DNA from: Patescibacteria group bacterium
GTDB lineage: Bacteria > Patescibacteriota > Patescibacteriia > UBA9934 > GWF2-40-263
Length of the DNA: 64,000 nucleotides
Assembly (NCBI GenBank): GCA_004297215.1
Contig: SCUM01000001.1
Coordinates: forward strand, 417,181 to 481,180
Direction of reading: 5' to 3'
The notes under the pieces were generated by a model, which was not told where the DNA came from, made no database searches, and saw nothing but the letters and a program-made list of their open reading frames with translations. Positions 61,362 through 64,000 of this stretch are shown piece by piece; position 1 is the stretch's first letter; each line of letters starts with the position of its first letter. A program made the translations under genes and the position numbers.

Positions 61362-63956
61362 TTAGACCGTGCCGGTCGGCGGCTTAGGCGTCTTGCTGGC
61401 CGCCAGCCGGCTCGCATACTCCCCACCGATCTCATTGATATCCTTCTCAAGCCGGCTCATCTGTTCCTGGAATCCCTTCATCGCCAGGCGTTCGTCGCCT
61501 GTCTGTTGGAAGCCAGGCTTCTGGTTGAGCTTCTCCAGCTTGATGCGTGCGTCGTTATAACGGAGGAGGAGATCGTTCGCGCGCCTCTGCACTTCGCGTT
61601 CAGCCTCGCGCGCGTCCGTCGGCGGAGGAGTCGCGGCTGCGGGCGCTGCCGCCGTGACCAAATCAGGCGGATTGGCGGAAGCGAACGCCGATGTCAGCGC
61701 CGTCTCCTGCCAGCCGCTCTCCTTCAGCTGTTCTTCAAGCGCGGCGAGCTTGCCGGTCTGGAGGTTGTCGTTGAGCATCGAGCGGATGTTGTCGATATCA
61801 GGAAGCATGGCCTTCTGCCCGTCCGGACCGGCCTGTTTGAACCCGCGCACCACGCTCGCCATGGCGTTGTCGTCGAGGTGCGGCAAGGCGTCGGCCTTTA
61901 TGCGCTCGCGCGCCTCGGGCTTCATGCGGCCGATCACGAGCGGGTCGGCCTTGATGGCGGTGGCGAACGACTCGGCATTCTTCTCCGCAAAACCGGCGGC
62001 CTGGTCGGGATTCATCTGCTGCAATGCCGCGGTCACGTTCAGCGGGCTTTCTTTCTTGAGCTCCTCCTTGGACATCTTGGCGTAGAGGCCTCCCAGGCCT
62101 CCCTCATAGGCATCCTTCACGCGACCGCCCATGCGCCCGGCCGCGATATAATCAGGCACCTTGACCGGCTTGCCCTTGTCAGGCCCGTCTTTCCATACGT
62201 CGCCGCTGTCGATGTCCGCGATCCGGTCCTTGAAGCCCTTGTTGCCCGACAACGCGGCCCACGCCTTCGGATCCAACTTGCGCAGGCTTTCCACGTCGGT
62301 GATCTTGCTGAAGTCGCCCGTGACGTCGGGACGCGTCGCCTGCAGGTCCTTCAGGCTGTCGTTCATCGCCTTGTCCCCCTTGAAGAGGTCCGTCATTTCC
62401 TTGCCGCCCAGCTCTTCGTACAGGTTCCCGAACACGCCGGCCTGGTCGAGCGCCTTGCGCGCGTCCTTGTTGCTCGCCATCTCGGCGAATACCGCCTGCA
62501 TCTGCTGCTTTTGGCGGCTGTCGAGCTTCTTGCCGGACTTCACCGACTGGCCGGCGGCCACCAACCCGGCGATCTTGGCGTCCTCGCCCATCCCTTCAAA
62601 CGGCTTGCCGACCTTCTTGGCGGCTTCGGCGACCTTGGCCTGCTGGGCCGACACCTTCTCCATGGCCTTCGCGCGCTTGAGCGGATCCTCGATCCCCTTG
62701 GCCTTGGCCTCCTGCTTCTTGAGCGCGTCCATGCGCCGGCCCTGCATGAACTGGCTCGTATCGATGCGGCTCGCGGCCGCTCCGGCCACGTACTTGCCGC
62801 CGCGCGCCACCGCGCCCGCGCCCTTGCCGAGGCCTTTGGCGCCAAGCCCGCCCGCGAACCGGGCCATTACCCCGCCGGCGCCCTGGCCCTTGTGGAGCAT
62901 CCCGCCGATCACCCCGCTCGCGCCATGGCAGAAATCCGCCGCGGCCTGGAACCCGGCGTAGAGCATCCCCATGCCGATCACGAAGGTCATGAGGTGCACC
63001 GGCTCGAAGATGGCGAGCTTGATGGGAAGTTCCTCGCCCGGAAGCCGCGGGGCGCTGAACGCCTCGAACCCCTTGCTTGCGGCGACGTTGCCCGCCCCGA
63101 GCACGGCCAGGGTGAGCCAGAGGAAAAAGGTGAGGAGCGGACCGGAAACGACGTAACAGTTGAACTTCTTCCACCAGTCCGCATAGGCGTCGCTGTGCGT
63201 GAGTCCCTGGATGCCGCCCACGAACCAGGTGAGCGGCGCGATGGTGACGAGGATCCACAGCGCCACGATGCGGATCACGAGGATCGCGAGCAGGATCATC
63301 ACGGTGACCAGCACCCACAGGTTCATGATCACGTGCGCGACCGCGGCAAAGAAGAGGTCGACGCTATAGATAGCGCTGGTGTTCGTGAACTGGCTCCCTT
63401 GGATGCCGAACATCTGGACGAAGTTGCCGGCGGCCACGGCCTGAAGCGCGTTGGCGAACGTGAGCATCACCACCTGGCCGATGTCGATGATGATCCCGCA
63501 GATGGTCTTAGAGAAATTGATGACGATGGCGAACAGGAGGAGCCTGGGCACCTGCTGCTGCCACTGGAAGCGCGACGACCCGAAGATGGTCCCCACCGCG
63601 ATCACCACGAGCACCACCACGAAGAACATGTTCACGGTGTCGCGCACGATCGCCCAGCCGGCCGAGACCACAGGCGAATCCACGAACCCGTTGTACTGCA
63701 TCACCTTGATGACCGTCCCGAGCAGGATCGACATCAGGCTCGCGAGGAACGCCGCGACGTGGTCGATGAGGCCGGCGAGCAGGATCAGGACGTTGTCAAT
63801 CGTGCTTGGCTCTTTCGGATTTGCCGCTCGCACTTGGATTGCCGTATCCTGCGCCCACGCGAGGCCTGGGGTCGCGAACGCGAGGAAAACGCCAAGAGCC
63901 GCTCCGATCTTCGCCGGACGCGAACAGAACCATTGCCAGTGCCTCCGAGGCTGCAT
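61362..63956 (-). CDS. VirB6/TrbL-like multi-TM protein with long helical C-terminal domain
   Basis: GWAIVRDTVNMFF, INFS..IID, RIVALWIL..APL, WW..F, then Gly/Ala-rich and coiled-coil tail. Confidence 0.75.
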   Translation of the reverse strand: MQPRRHWQWFCSRPAKIGAALGVFLAFATPGLAWAQDTAIQVRAANPKEPSTIDNVLILLAGLIDHVAAFLASLMSILLGTVIKVMQYNGFVDSPVVSAGWAIVRDTVNMFFVVVLVVIAVGTIFGSSRFQWQQQVPRLLLFAIVINFSKTICGIIIDIGQVVMLTFANALQAVAAGNFVQMFGIQGSQFTNTSAIYSVDLFFAAVAHVIMNLWVLVTVMILLAILVIRIVALWILVTIAPLTWFVGGIQGLTHSDAYADWWKKFNCYVVSGPLLTFFLWLTLAVLGAGNVAASKGFEAFSAPRLPGEELPIKLAIFEPVHLMTFVIGMGMLYAGFQAAADFCHGASGVIGGMLHKGQGAGGVMARFAGGLGAKGLGKGAGAVARGGKYVAGAAASRIDTSQFMQGRRMDALKKQEAKAKGIEDPLKRAKAMEKVSAQQAKVAEAAKKVGKPFEGMGEDAKIAGLVAAGQSVKSGKKLDSRQKQQMQAVFAEMASNKDARKALDQAGVFGNLYEELGGKEMTDLFKGDKAMNDSLKDLQATRPDVTGDFSKITDVESLRKLDPKAWAALSGNKGFKDRIADIDSGDVWKDGPDKGKPVKVPDYIAAGRMGGRVKDAYEGGLGGLYAKMSKEELKKESPLNVTAALQQMNPDQAAGFAEKNAESFATAIKADPLVIGRMKPEARERIKADALPHLDDNAMASVVRGFKQAGPDGQKAMLPDIDNIRSMLNDNLQTGKLAALEEQLKESGWQETALTSAFASANPPDLVTAAAPAAATPPPTDAREAEREVQRRANDLLLRYNDARIKLEKLNQKPGFQQTGDERLAMKGFQEQMSRLEKDINEIGGEYASRLAASKTPKPPTGTV

Positions 63957-64000
63957 AATTGGCGTAAGTATAGCATAGGGGAGGGTCTGCGGCCTATGGA

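Overview
High-GC bacterial chromosome segment in genetic code 11 (TGA ends full-length conserved genes such as rplA, gatB and clpC). The gene content points to a Patescibacteria/CPR genome, plausibly ABY1/Uhrbacteria-like. That assignment is an inference from CPR-typical families (T4SS-pilin-domain fusion, PrgI/VirB4 cluster, DUF5671/DUF5673-like proteins). Housekeeping content: gyrB 3' end, hicBA, secE-nusG-rplK-(membrane protein)-rplA, a pyrimidine deoxynucleotide cluster (dcd, nucleotide N-hydrolase, tandem thyX, dut, tmk), gatB, miaA, thrS, dnaE, pheS/pheT, rseP, pmm, lemA-htpX-clpC, radA, recG, three tRNAs (Arg-GCG, Ser-TGA, Ser-GCT), comF and a VirB6/PrgI/VirB4-like cluster. An AT-richer accessory stretch (about 25.5-35 kb) carries DUF559, DUF2779, Fic, a Cfr10I/Bse634I-family R-M system with Vsr, a LexA-like repressor and a Pif1-like helicase. 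The most striking unexplained signal is a set of small inverted-repeat element families. Two four-helix-bundle genes inside the pheS-pheT operon are each bracketed by inverted arrays of their own 7- or 9-bp microrepeat. A DUF559 endonuclease gene is bracketed by a 40-bp hairpin inverted repeat. Gene-less copies of the same repeats lie between genes and in frame inside dnaE, pheT, radA and a T4SS-cluster gene, and related families sit in miaA and pmm. No CRISPR array, reverse transcriptase, integrase or rRNA was seen.
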